64,000 nucleotides of DNA from the human T2T-CHM13v2.0 reference genome, Homo sapiens (GCF_009914755.1 NC_060928.1), one strand, 5' to 3'. Positions 10,876 through 24,465 are shown, counted from the stretch's first letter. Program-made: numbers and translations. The notes: generated by a model from the sequence alone, not told the origin.

Positions 10876-13800
10876 TCTAGTGGTTATAGAAGAATTGGAA
10901 ATTTTATCATCTGGTGCTTTAAATAATAATATTATAGATTATGTAACAATTAAATATTAAAATTAACATTACATAATATATTAATATTAATAAATATTAC
11001 ATAACTTAGGTTCACCAGTAAATACATAACTAATAACCCCATTTGATGTGTGAAAGTACATCATCATGTTCTTTAGAAGCTTCAAAGATTTTTAAAAATA
11101 CTTGAGAGCTAGGAGAATCACTGAGGAAATGATCATAAAAAGAAATCTGCCCACCAAGATGAAGAGTGGCCCAGGATTAAGGCCAGAGGAAGAAAGCCAG
11201 ATGCCCTGGGGTGGATAGGACTAGAAGCTTCACAGCCCTCGTTGCAGTCCTATGACTTCTTTCCCAGTACAACTCTGTAAGGAAGATGAGCACGTTCTCT
11301 GTCCTTTCTGAGTAAACCAAAGCACAACATCCAAAGGGCATCCCTTGCAGCAACAGAAGCAGTGCTTCCTTCTGCATGGAAGCACAACGAGGGCATGCAA
11401 AACATTTGCAAACCTACACGATGCTTCCTCTGAGACACCTCGCAACAGCACTTGTAACAACTGAGTCCCAAATCACGTTAAGAGGTAATAAGAGAATACC
11501 TCCCTCAAAACACCAGATCACCTTGAAAACACTAGAGAGCCTCAAGATCTCTTCCTACCTGAACAATCTTGAGATTTCCAGAGCTAATGCACAATGACAG
11601 GCGCTGATTCAGCAAGGAGTGCCACCTTTGTTAGACACCTTCTCCTTGCTCTAGGTGCTGACTTTCATGGCGCTCCAAAAGAAATGTAAAACAGTACTTT
11701 CGTTTTCATCCTTTTTCCACCTCTAGGGCTGCATGGAAGAAAATACTTTGCCAGGAACATCTTTGCAAAGAACACCAAGTGGAAACAGATTCCTCATCAA
11801 AAGGACATGGCACCTGTCTTTCCCATGGAGACAGGTGGATGCTTGTGGCAGGATTTGGGGAAGCAGCAGGTCGCTGGCAAGGGCCCTCTGCAGTTCTTTC
11901 CACAGGCAACTCTGTTCAGGTGCTTTTGTGGCAAGCTGCCAGCCCAAAGGGCTAATTAATTGAAGGGCTCTCTGTGCTAGAGATATTGGCCATTTTGACA
12001 TCTCAGTTGGACACTTGAGCTCATGAAGGTTCAGCTTTGGAAGAGCAGCTCTGCCTTTATCACTTTTGATCTCCCCAGTGGGAAAAGCTAAGTGCCCAGA
12101 GTTACAATAATCATGTTAAGCACCAGTTTCCTTTGCCAAAAAAACAGTGCACTCGTTTCTTTATCCTTCCCTTGAGGAAAACTCCCACTGAGTCATTTAC
12201 TGGGTTCTCTGCTTATCTTGCAATTCTACACCAGCAGCACTATTTTTTTTTTCAACATATGTAGGCAGTCTGCATGGTCTGTGGTTTTAAAAGAGCATTA
12301 AATTTAGGCTCAACCCCAAACAGAGCAGGACAGAGCTCAAGACCTTTTGTGACAATATTTAAAGCATTAGCAACTTGGTGACTTATTCCACTCATTTCCA
12401 TGGGGCAGGCAAGTCTTTAAGAAGACCTCCCTCAAGCCCCTGACTCAGAATATAAATAGTCCACCAAGCAGCCAAAACCTATTCAGTAAACCAGGAATGC
12501 ATTTAGATGGTGTCCCAGTAAGAGTTTAAATGAAACAGGTAGAACAAGTTAGTGGCTCTCCCAGGGAGGGTTATTCACAACCTTTTCTCTGCTATCAAAG
12601 CATTTTATTTATACATTTATTATAGAGTTTACCCTATTGTGATTCATTGATCCAAGTAGCCTCATCTCCCCTAAAGTAAACCATGAGCGCATTTATGACA
12701 GGGAGTCATTTGTCTTTTATCTTCCAAATAATCCATGAGAGGCCATCAATATGTATTAATTAATTAATTTACGAAGTCTAGATGAATCCAAACCATCCTC
12801 TCAGCCAGAGCCTAAAGAAGATTTGAATAAATTTGGTGTATCTGTGAGGGGTCAGGTGGGGACATGAAAACAACTTATACCTTATTACTTGATGTATTAA
12901 ATCAAAAACAAAGGAAGAAAGGAAAGAGTGAGTAGAAAAAGCTCAATAGAGAAATGAAGAAAAAGCAAAAAAGAAAGAAAAGAGAAAAAATAAATTGAAG
13001 TTATTGAGATGCACAACGTAGAAATTGTAATTGCAAAAATACCTTGTAATAGGTTATATCTATTTTAAAAAGCCAAATGCAGACTCTTTCCCCAACACAA
13101 TGAACATTTTGTGGTCAAAGCCACAGTAACAGTGAAACGATAAAATGCTAAATCTTTTTGTTAATACTTGAAATTAATGTTTTTAAGCAACTACAATCTC
13201 CATAAATATAAGCAGGCTTCTGGCGTCACACTAAATTTGCCTAATCTGACACTTATCTTTGCTTGAGCTAAGTAGAAATATAAAACTTAAACTATCAAAA
13301 ACAGTTTACATAAGAATTTGGTAATAGGTTCAGAGCTTGTCCAAAATGAGGGTAGAACTTAAGGATCTCTGGAGGCTTCAACTTTACAAAATGTCACAAA
13401 ATATGCCTCTAGCTGCCCAGACTTTTAAAATAAAATAGTAAAATTAAAAATGCTTTTGTGACTTTAGGGTATGTCCTGAAATCCTCCACCTTTTTGATAC
13501 TGTTATTGTTACTGACAGAATTAAGAAAAGGCAACACGAAATATAGCCCAAGCGGGAAACATCACATACAGTTCAGAGTATACTTTTGCCAATGCATTTT
13601 ACTGGAGTCAGATAACACTTTTAAAATATCATTACTTAATCTAACAGGGCCCGCCCATTTTCTATACATATTTCAGCAACCCCATATTCTCAAAACACTT
13701 TGCAATTGCCCATTACCCAATTTATTATCAATATTTGAAGACCAACAGTATGCAAAATGTGATATATGTTAAATACTTTGCATGCTTTTCCATAACAAAG

Positions 13801-13896
13801 GCCCAGTCTCTATGGGAGCTTTGTAAGACAGTATATTGAAATGGCACACATGGAGCTCTATAAAATACTGTATATTTTTCTTCAAAAATTGTTTTC

Positions 13897-14189
13897 AGTC
13901 CGGGTGTGGTGGCTTACACTTGTAATCCCAACACTTTGGGAGTTGGGTGGGTCATTTGAGACCAGGAGTTTGGAGACCAGCCTGGCCAACATGGTGAAAT
14001 GTCGTCACTAAAAATACAAAAAATTAGCCAGGTGTGGTGACACACACCTGTAATCCAAGCTAGTCAGGAGGCTAAGGCAGGAGAATCACTTGAACCCAGG
14101 AGGCAGAGGTTGCAGCAAGCTGAGATCGCGCCCCTGCACTCCAGCCTGGTGACAGAGTGAGACTGTCTCAAAAAAAAAAAAAAAAAAAA
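13897..14189 (+). mobile_element. Alu (AluS), short deletion in left arm
   Basis: Alu dimer consensus with A5TACA6 linker and poly(A) tail. Confidence 0.95.
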
Positions 14190-14584
14190 CTCCAGGCAAA
14201 ATGCACGACCTAACAAAATAAAATAATGCCATGATAGGCAAAAATCTCAGCCCTCACCACTTTCACCAGATTCAGCCATAAAGTTGGACATTTGGTTTCT
14301 AATAAGCAAATCCCATCTCACAATACCAGGCACTTCCTTCAATCTGCCTGAGCAAAAGAAAAAAGAAAAGGGACTAACCTGAGCAAACCTCTCCCAGGCG
14401 GTGTTTGATTCAATTCCTGCCACATAACATATATTTCAAAATGAATTAATAAGTAATATTAATATAATTAATGAGTATTCACTAATGAGTTGATCAATAA
14501 GCAATGAAGAGCTCTCATATTGACTTGGAATGCTATTAACCATAAGTGAAAACTACTTTTGTTACCCTCTTGTGTTCTTTACAA

Positions 14585-14842
14585 GTGGTTAAAAAAATAA
14601 CGTGAACTCTGGAGTCAGACAGACTAGATTTGAATCTGGGCAGTCTGCATCTGCCTACCGAGTGACCTTTAACAGGTTAATTAACCTCTTTGTGCCCCCA
14701 TTCCATTATCTGAAAATAAAGATGGGAACAGAACATGCCTCATAAGGCTGTTGCAAGTATGAAATATATTAATCCCTAAAAAGAGTCTATTACAGTCACT
14801 GACACATAATAAACCTTCAATAAATGTTAGCCTTTATTATTT
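14585..14842 (+). mobile_element. MIR, near full length
   Basis: CTCTGGAGTCAGACAGACT...GTGACCTT...TTAACCTCTTTGTGCC...CAATAAATGTTAGC. Confidence 0.8.
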
Positions 14843-14844
14843 TT

Positions 14845-15240
14845 ATCCACCCAGCCACACTGGCCTCCTTACTCTTCTGTATATGCCCCAGGCACATTCT
14901 GGTCTTAGTGTTTTGCACTGGTTGTTCCCACTGCCTGGAGTGCTCTTCCTCCAAAGATCTGTGTAACTAGCTCTCCATCCCATTTGACCAAATGATACCT
15001 TCTCAATGACCACCCTATTTAAAACTGTAACATGTGCCTCCCCAAGAGCCTCCAAATCTCCTATTTTTTCTCTTCACATTCTAAGATACTATGTAATTAA
15101 TTAATTTGTGTTTTGTATATTATGTCTCACCTGCCAATAGAATATATTCTGAGGTGAAAGGATTTTTTTTTTTATCTCTTTTAGTCACTGATGTGAACTG
15201 GTACTTGAACACAGTAGCTCCTCAAAAAATATACACTGAA
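14845..15240 (+). mobile_element. L2 (L2a-like) 3' region
   Basis: CCAGCCACACTGGCCTCCTT...TTTGCACTGGTTGTTCCCACTGCCTGGA motif. Confidence 0.75.
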
Positions 15241-15241
15241 A

Positions 15242-15349
15242 GCCAGCTCGGTGACATGCATGTAGACTCAGCTACTCAGGAGGCTGAGACTGGAGGATGG
15301 CTTGAGCCAAGGAGTCTGAGGCCAGCCTGGGCAACATACTCCATCTCTT

Positions 15350-15352
<3 letters not shown>
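15242..15352 (+). mobile_element. Free Alu monomer (FLAM/FRAM-like)
   Basis: CAGCTACTCAGGAGGCTGAG...GAGGCCAGCCTGGGCAACAT, about 110 bp. Confidence 0.75.
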
Positions 15353-15391
<39 letters not shown>

Positions 15392-15398
15392 ACACACA
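15353..15398. repeat. (CA)n microsatellite
   Basis: About 23 CA units with one CT interruption. Confidence 0.95.
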
Positions 15399-15719
15399 CC
15401 CTGCTAAAGGAATTACTGGCACTACTGTTACCACCACCACTATTTTCCATCATAGCAAGTAATGAAACCATAGAGTTTTAGAACTAGACATGACCACAGA
15501 GGTCAACTCTATGGAGTTGGACAACTCCTTTTGTAAACACAGAAATAGCCCTCTCCCTGAAACACTGCATCCTGTTGACTCTGCCTTACCTGAGCCTGCA
15601 AGAGAATTCACAGGACCAGGTGCACAGTCCGTGGCAGGTAAGTCTGGGTCTCATGGTGCACCCACCATACTGGCTGCTTAGTCTAACAGCTCTGAGGTCA
15701 CCATTACATAGCTGTTCTA

Positions 15720-16075
15720 TCTAGTGATTAACATGAGCAATGATTTAGGAGATTATAGCAATCATCAAAGGGTGGAATTAAAATAATAAAGAAAAACAAT
15801 AAACAGGAGGAGAGAAGGAGGGATTGCTTTTGCTCCACAGATCATTTATGTAAATAAAAGAAAAATCACAGCGCTAAGCCACTAAATCAGAGGTTGCAAT
15901 TAGCTCAATTGTAGAGTGATTTGGTGCCATTTTGAGCAACAATAGCCAGAGTGATCACTCTTAATTGAGGTAAATTAAGTATTCTGATTACTCCACTTTT
16001 ATGAAAAAGAGTTGCCGGCCATTACAGAGATCTAATTTACACGAACTCTGCTCCATTTCTCATACTGACTCATCT
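15720..16075. promoter_or_regulatory. Candidate conserved non-coding enhancer
   Basis: Repeat-free block with CATCAAAGG (TCF/LEF), TGTAAATA (FOX), AACAAT (SOX), many TAAT/ATTA sites and TGACTCA (AP-1). Conservation was not tested. Confidence 0.4.
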
Positions 16076-16134
16076 TTTACGTTTTTTTCTGCTTCTTTTC
16101 ACATCTAGCACATTTTGCTGTAGACTAAGAAAAT

Positions 16135-16324
16135 AAGGGTTCTGCATCCACAGATTCCATCAACAGTGGATTGAAAACACAGTATTTGAGGGATGTAGAA
16201 CCCCTGGATTCTAAGGATCAATTTTCATAGCCATGGTTTCCTCAGGGTGGACTGTGGAACTTGAACCTCAGTGAATTTTGATATCTACAGAGGTCCTGCA
16301 ACCAATACTGAGGAATGACTGTAT
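16135..16324 (-). mobile_element. Tigger-family MITE (MER8/MER2-like)
   Basis: GAATTTTGATATCTACAGAGGTCCTGCAACCAAT...GAATGACTGTA, a Tigger-type terminus with TA target. Confidence 0.65.
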
Positions 16325-18464
16325 CTCTATGAAAGCTCACCCTCCAGAATACATTATGTAAAATTAAATGCATGCATGTGTATACGTGCACATACTTTAA
16401 TAACTACTGCCCAGTCTTGATTATGTAAGATTCTGGAAAATCTGAAAGGAAAATAGGTAAAAGGAAGGAGAAAAAGTTGCTACAGTGCCCTTGAAGCTCA
16501 ATAATATAGCAACCAAGCAGAAAAACTCTAGAATCACAAGGGAAAGACAATTTACAGCCAAAAGCACACCATAATATCTTTAGTACTTAACAAAGAAATG
16601 AGTGAAATCAAGTTAGTGATTACACAGCTGAACTTGGTAGTTTGCAGCATTTGCTCACAACAACAACAAAAAAAAATGCAAGAAAAAGTACTATTATTAA
16701 ATGCCCTTTGCATGCACAGTTTGCAAGATTAGCAAGACTCTTATTTCTGTTCCCCCTTTAAACTATTTGGCTGTCTGGAATTGCTATGAGAAAAACCTGT
16801 GTTTTATTGGTAGCTTAAAATAGCTTTTTTAAGGTGTATGTGTGGGGAAGGGGGGGTTGTACTGCTAATTATTACTGTTTCCAATATATCCCTGAACCAG
16901 AGACTACAAAGGTCATATTCTTGAAACTTGTTTTCAGGCAGATGCAGCCACAATAATTACAGCTCAAAGAGGATCAGAGCAACATATTCCATGACATTTG
17001 CCCTTAACTACCTTTCTTATTAGCAATGATACTGCTACAGACAATGACTATATTATACATCCATGTATCTAAATGTGCTGTTTATTCTGAAGTGACAGTG
17101 ACAATTATAGCAGCTGCCAGGAAGGAATAATGGGTATACTCCAGCATTGGCAGTGGTGTGGTTAGCAGTAATGCCAATTCACAAAAAATCCCACACCCCA
17201 AAAGGCACCAGGTAATGCTACTGATGTGATTCTATTGCTAAAATTTAAAAATTGAAGTCATTAAACTGTACACTTAAGATCACTACATTTTACTGAATGT
17301 AAATTATACCTTAACAAAATATGATTATTATTTATTTCTTGATTCTGGCTTAGGGTAAGTGTTACACATAAAAACGCAATGCATTTCTTCTGGCCATGAG
17401 ACTATTTTCCACAATGAATTCTAATCCTATGAACTATGACTACTTGGTTTGACCTTGGGTATATGTGACTTTCCATATGAAAATTTCATTATCATACGCT
17501 TAAGAATAAAAAATTCCTAGCCTAGAGATGTAATGCTATCACATGGAGGAACTCACCAGTATTCACTCTACTCAATTATCTCCATGGCTTCTACACTGCA
17601 AGCAAAAAAGTGCACATTTCCATAGCACTTCATATTCATCAGCCCAAACCATCCATATGTTGAAATGCTTCCTTTCAATCCAAAGAAAAGCCCACAAATA
17701 CACTCCACCCACAGTATTGACTCTACCTAGCCCATACCACATTAATAAATGACACCTCCTCTAAAATATTATAATGCTAATGGTGAAAAGAGATGAACAT
17801 TTAGAAAAAGCAATGGATATTTATATGAGGGAGAGGAATATTTTGTATTTTATTCTGTACCTCTAAGCAGGTAATAAGGTACTTTTTTCCTACCTGTGAA
17901 TGTTCCAGGTGCTGGCATATGAAGACATACCAAGAGGGGACTCTTCCCCTTCCTTTCTTTTCTACCTCAAGCCTTACTCTGGAGGCCTTTGGAGAAATAA
18001 TATCATGCCAAAGTTAGGAATTAACAAGCATTATTGAATGTCTACTATGTGCTCATAATTGTGTTAGGTGTTGGAGATACAGAAAAGTAGATTCATTGTA
18101 CAGTACTGTTTGGAAGGTTTTATGCTTCATTTATTAAGAAATGCATTGCTTCTATAGAACTAGAACTTATAACAAAACTGAACTTGAGTCTATTTCAATT
18201 ATTAAGAATTATCTTAAGATTTAAAGAACCATCTGAGGGTATTTATCCAGTGCAACTACAGTCCAAGTTTTTTCCAAATGCTAATGTTGGCCCAAGTCTA
18301 CTGATGTACTTTCCTTGATATTGTTGCTCTGTTAGAGCAAAAAGATAAAGTTGGTCTCAAAGCTACCAAGGCTCAGACCATTCTCTGTGAGCGCAGGGAT
18401 GAAATAATAATGACGAACACCCACTGAGACACTGTTGTAAGAGTTTTCCATGGATCCAAACAGA

Positions 18465-18640
18465 AATTCAATCCTTACAACAATACTGTAGGTCAATATC
18501 ATTCTTTGTCTCATTTTACTGATGAAACAAGTGAGGAACAAAGAAGCTAAGTAACATGGCTAGAGTTGTAGAGCTCATGGGTGGTAGAATCTCAGAAATA
18601 AAGCCCTCAAGCCTGTGTTCTTAACCCCCACACCATACTG
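18465..18640 (-). mobile_element. MIR
   Basis: AATCCTTACAACAATACTGTAGG...CATTTTACTGATGAAACAAGTGAGG core. Confidence 0.65.
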
Positions 18641-19368
18641 CCTCTCAGGAGAGCAGGATGGAAAAATGCAACAATAAAAACCAAAGCCGGGCAATAAGGC
18701 CTGAAAGGAGAGGACATGGAATCCAGAACCACAAATCCTTTTCCCAAACACTGCTAGGAGCTCTTTCTTTGCAGAAACAGTGACAGGAGAAGAGGGAGGA
18801 AAGGAGGGATGTGGCGGGGGTGAAGGGAGGGGAGAAGAGTATAGCAACTCCCTTCTCTTAACAGTGATGCAACTTCCCTTCCCATAAATTAGTGGCCTGT
18901 ATTGGCACATATGAAAAAAGATAGGAACTTTGCAATGTGTATCTAACATCCTGTATCCAGCAGAGAGCCCTACAGCAAGTCAGCAAAAACAGCACTCTGC
19001 CAAAAATGAATGTTCACTGCTTCCAAAAATCTATTTTAGAAGTAAACAGTGTTTAAATTTGCTGGAAATGATATTCTTTGCTGTGACTGCTCCAGAACAT
19101 GGCATTCTGTCATACCAGAGGAGAACTGAGGAATTTCCTCCCGCTGACACGGCTGACTTTGTCTTCATGCCTTTTCTCAGGGCATGGGAAGAAGTCTCTG
19201 TGACCTACCAGCCTGAAAATTCTGCCAAGAGGCTGAGAGTCATGGGAATCTGCCCAACCAGCTTTGTGGAGGTCACTGAACACCATCTAGACATTAAAAG
19301 AGGAAGCCAGACACAATATAGTTTCAAAGGACTGTGACAGTAAATGTCTTAACCACTGATATTATTAC

Positions 19369-19466
19369 CTTGAGTTGTGATTACCTAGAGACCTATTCAT
19401 CAACATTGATGAAAAGGTTGAGTCTTCCAATAGCCCATTACATTCTCTATTCTTAGTTACCTCTTC
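19369..19466 (-). other. Weak candidate internal exon (98 nt)
   Basis: Acceptor ttttccttcAG and donor AAG|GTAATA. Phase-0 frame is open: EEVTKNRECNGLLEDSTFSSMLMNRSLGNHNS. Confidence 0.3.
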
Positions 19467-21003
19467 CTGAAGGAAAATTGTCCATGTGAATGAAGCATTA
19501 CTGATGTCTAGTAAAAATGAAAACTTCATCCAGTGGGCAACGGACCACATGGGCACATTCTCCGCACACTTACACACTCACATCATTAGTAACAGGAAAG
19601 GGAACCCAAGTCAAAGCCAACATTTGAAAGGAAGAGATAACACAGCCACCAATAATGCCATTACAGTGGCCAACAGATTTTCTTTAGGAAATCCCAGATA
19701 TTCTAAAACCAACACTCTTTTACACGATAGGAATACGTTTTCTAAATACTGTCTTTAAATTATTTTTAAAAATCGTCTTTTAAATGAAATTTTTAAGCTA
19801 TTTTTTAAAAGTTGTCATTTATATGGATTAAGATATCAGAAGTTCACAGAGAGAGAGCAGGGGAAGACACAGAGAGAAACAGAGTCCCCTCCCCCACCAA
19901 AAAGGTAAAATAAACCATCAAAATGGTAGCTGAAGTTTAAAAATAAGATTCCAACCTCAGGAACCTATTTCTATGACTACATACAGGGACTCCAGATGGA
20001 ATTCTAGGTTACCATATGTAGACAGAAATTACAGCAGGATGAAGCACAGCATTTTGATGCCAAACTGGAAACACCACTATTTTTTTCATTTCAAGTAATT
20101 TGTGAAACAGACATCCCTAAACTTTAATCCATCCCTGGGATTCATCCTTTCCATGACCCTCACCCCATCTATCACACTTACCTGTCTATCACTCCTATCC
20201 TACCTCTAAAATATGCCCTAGGGGTGGGAGTCACAAGACCTCGGAGAAGGGGTGAGGATATCCTTTTTGCACCTTCTCTGTACTTTCAAATAATTAAAAC
20301 ATTGGAGGTTCAACAGTGCTATGTCAGAATGTTCCTGCACAAAAATTGCTGAGTCAAAATAACTGGGTCCAAAAGTCCCGCACCAAGAGATGTAAAAATA
20401 TCAAGATACAAAGATATAAACATCAGTAACATAAAACAGGAGGCATGAGACACTATGGAGCAGACTTGAGGAGCAATCTCTGGTGCTCATCAACGCAACA
20501 CACATCTTCTAGATGTGAGTTTTAGTTAAACAGCATAGGATGCAGAGGTTGTACAGGGAATAAATGAGAAAATAGGAATTAGGCTTATCCTCTAAGAGTC
20601 TGACTAAAGCTTATTATGTGCCCTGGAATAAGTCATTTCATGTTTCAGCACATTAGTTTTTTCCTCTGCAACATGTTAACAATAACGACTGTCTTGTAAT
20701 GGGAGGCACTTAATAAATAATTATTAATGAATGAGTGAATTCATGTATGTCCCCTAGATGTTCCTAGGTTTTCCAAATTAAGGAATAAACTGGTCTTTGA
20801 CTGAAAATAACAACAAGGGTTCTTATAACTCTCTAAAGTGGTGTTTGGAGGCAGGCCTTGGGGATTTGCTACCTCAGGCCAAACAAAACACTTCAATCTC
20901 CCCAGCTATCCATTAACACCTTATTTCAGTGTGGAAATTCCCTTCACGAGTAAATGCTGAGTATAAATAGTCTTTTCTCAACTCCTAGGAAAAGGGAAAA
21001 AAA

Positions 21004-21211
21004 GATTTTTCTAATAACAAACAAAATGATATTAGAATAATCTCATACTAATTGATAATCAAGTATATAGCAAGATTGTTTCTAATAACAAAATGATATT
21101 AGAATAATCTCATACCAATTGATAATCATGTATATAGCAGGATTGTTTCTAATAACAAACAAAATGATATTAGAATAATCGCACACCAATTGATAATCAT
21201 GTGTATAGCAA
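21004..21211. repeat. Tandem repeat, 3 copies of a 67-71 bp unit
   Basis: Units start at 21004, 21074 and 21141: GATTGTTTCTAATAAC(AAAC)AAAATGATATTAGAATAATCTCATACCAATTGATAATCATGTATATAGCA. Confidence 0.95.
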
Positions 21212-21364
21212 ATCCATTCATTAAATAAATGTTTACTGAGTTCTTACTACCTGTGAGGTATTGTTTTACTATACCTAACAGAATCAGTCATTGTTCCTTT
21301 CCTCTAAGAGCTGATTTTAGGGGGAAGCCAGATCCATAAATATTTAAAATCCAAAGGGGAAAGG

Positions 21365-21622
21365 AGGTAGCAAAACACTAAAAGCAATGTTTCTGGCGTC
21401 AGACTGCCTGGATTCACATCATGGCTCCAACACTTAATACTGGAGTGTCCTCAAGCAAGTTCCATAATGTTTGAAGGTCCCAACTGCTTTATCTGTAAAA
21501 TGGTAATAGTAATTGCCTACCTTAAAGGGTTGTTAGAAAAATCAAATTAAATAGTCCATGTAAAGCACTTCTCACAGGGCTGGGGATGTGGTAAACTTTA
21601 GACAAAGTGTGTGATTGTTGTT
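21365..21622 (+). mobile_element. MIR
   Basis: TCTGGCGTCAGACTGCCTGGATTCA...ATCTGTAAAATGGTAATAGTAAT...TGTAAAGCACTT. Confidence 0.75.
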
Positions 21623-22034
21623 AGATGTTATATTAAGTACAAAATATTACGAATCCAGTAGGTAAAACCTCTCATCTTTACTGGAGAAATCGAGATAGTC
21701 TTTGAAAAGAAAGAGACAATATAAGGGACCTCTCCAGGAAAGTGTAAAAGTTTTCCAGACAGACCAGAGGGAGAGGAAAGCATTCCAGAAAAAAGAAAAA
21801 GTTTGTACACCAGGCACAGTTATCCAAGATTTTCACGTTCAGGAGCAGTCTGCTCAAGGCCTTTAGACTCCAGCTTCCAGGGCAGTACCAGGAGATGCGG
21901 GTGGAGAGAATGGGAATGACTTCTCAAGTTGAGTTGAGACTGGAGACAACAGGAATGGTAACGACTTCTCAAGAGGAGTTGGGATTTATTTTGAATAAAA
22001 TTGAAATCCCTCAGGTGTTTCTTAAGTACAGGTT

Positions 22035-22624
22035 TGTGAACCCAGAAAATCTGAGACAGGTCTCCGTTAACTTAGAAAGTTTATTTTCCTGAGGTTGAGG
22101 ATGCATGCCTGTGACCCAGCCTCAGGAAGTCCTAAGGACCTGTGCCCAAGGTGGTTGGGATGCAGCCTGGTTTTATACATGTCAGGGAGACATGTGACAT
22201 CAATCAAGTACATTTAAGAAATACATTGGTTTGAAAGGCGGGACAACTCAAGGGGTGGCAGGGCTTCCAGGCTACAGATAAATTTAAACATTTTCTGACT
22301 GACAATTGGTTGAGTTTGTCTAAAGACCTGGGATCAATAGAAAGGAATGTTTGCGTTGCGATAAGAGGTGGGGGAGACCAAAGTTTTATCACGCAGATGA
22401 AGCTTTTAGCTAACAGGCTTCAGAGGGAACAGGCTGTAAAATATTTCTGATCAGACTTAAAGTCTGTGTTGACGTTAATGCTGGAGAGGTATAATGAGGC
22501 ATGTCCCACCCCAGTTCCCTTCATGGCCCGAACCAGTCTTTCAGGTTAAGTTTTAAGAGCTCTGGCTGAGGAGGAAGTCCCTTTAGATGACTGCGGGACC
22601 TTAGAATTTTATTTTTGGTTTACA
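22035..22624 (-). mobile_element. MER4A-type ERV1 solo LTR inserted in an antisense L2
   Basis: TG...CA ends (TGTGAACCCAGAAAATCTGAGACAGG ... TTTTTGGTTTACA) and near-TSD GGTT/GATT. Confidence 0.85.
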
Positions 22625-22909
22625 GATTTGACATAAACGGATGTGTTTGTTGGTAGTTTATTTGTTTTCCAGAAAGTAACTTTCATAGTGTTTTGAAAAA
22701 TGGAGTGGATATGGGAAACGTGGTATAAGAAAAGAGTGAGAAGGGAGTTGTTGGAAACTTCTAAAGGAGAGATGAGGAGGAAAGGGAAGAAATGACAGGA
22801 AGATCCCAGGAATGTTTCACAATGGAATTTACGGGATTTGACAGTTAGTTGGATGTGAGAAGTAAAAGAAAGGGAGAAACCAGGGATAATATTAAAGTAT
22901 GGTGAAGCT

Positions 22910-23315
<406 letters not shown>

Positions 23316-23708
23316 TCAGCAGCATGGATCCTTGGCTCAGAAGATATTTCATTATTTGTGACACAGACTCTAGAATAATTTTCTTAAGATAGATCTCATT
23401 TGAACAAACTAGATTGCCCAGAGATTGCTGATTATGTGAATGGTGCTATCCATATAAAATATTATGGGGGAGTAGCTGTAGACTAAATAAATACTGTGAA
23501 AATAGTGTAACTTGACATTAATATTTACCAAAGTCCCTCTTGATTTTTCTGCCTATAAAATAGAAAAAATAGTATTTGTGTAAATAACTTTAAACATTTC
23601 GTTTTTAAACGTTCTACCTCATGAATGGATAACATAGTTGTGCAGACTCAAAAGAGGTTGAACAATAATCCCACTTCCCTGCAAAAAAAAAAAAAAAAGA
23701 TAAATTGA

Positions 23709-24068
<360 letters not shown>

Positions 24069-24079
24069 TTCCATATTAA

Positions 24080-24465
24080 CACATGAATTCTATCCCTTCT
24101 TCCTTCCTTCCTATTGCAGGGCAAGATGTGTCCCTCCATCCAAGGGATAATTCCATGCTTTAGGATCCAAAGTCTTCAATCCTTTCAATGATGTCACTCA
24201 GAGAATATTCCCCACCTTCTTTGTGGATCCTTACCCCTTTCCCTTCCTATTGTTTTCTTTCTTACAGCATTTAAACACACTCAAATGCCTCATTGTAAGA
24301 TACCATATCTCAACCCATAACCCTACCCAACTACTCAATTCTCTCCTTCCTCTTGCAACAAATTGCTTTTAGAAGACTCTATTTTACCATTTTTATTTCT
24401 TTATCCCTACTAAGTCCATCTTGCCCTGCAATAGGAAGGAAGGAAGAAGGGATAGAATTCATGTG
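24080..24465. repeat. Perfect 49-bp inverted repeat with 288-bp spacer
   Basis: 24080-24128 is the exact reverse complement of 24417-24465. Confidence 0.95.

Noticed and set aside
19750-19812. Recurrent TTTAAA motifs suggesting phased bending
   Set aside because: The spacing is irregular (about 12-16 bp) and fits AT-rich low complexity.
21004-21211. Repeat with internal palindrome as a CRISPR-like array
   Set aside because: The units are contiguous with no unique spacers, the context is eukaryotic, and there are no cas genes.
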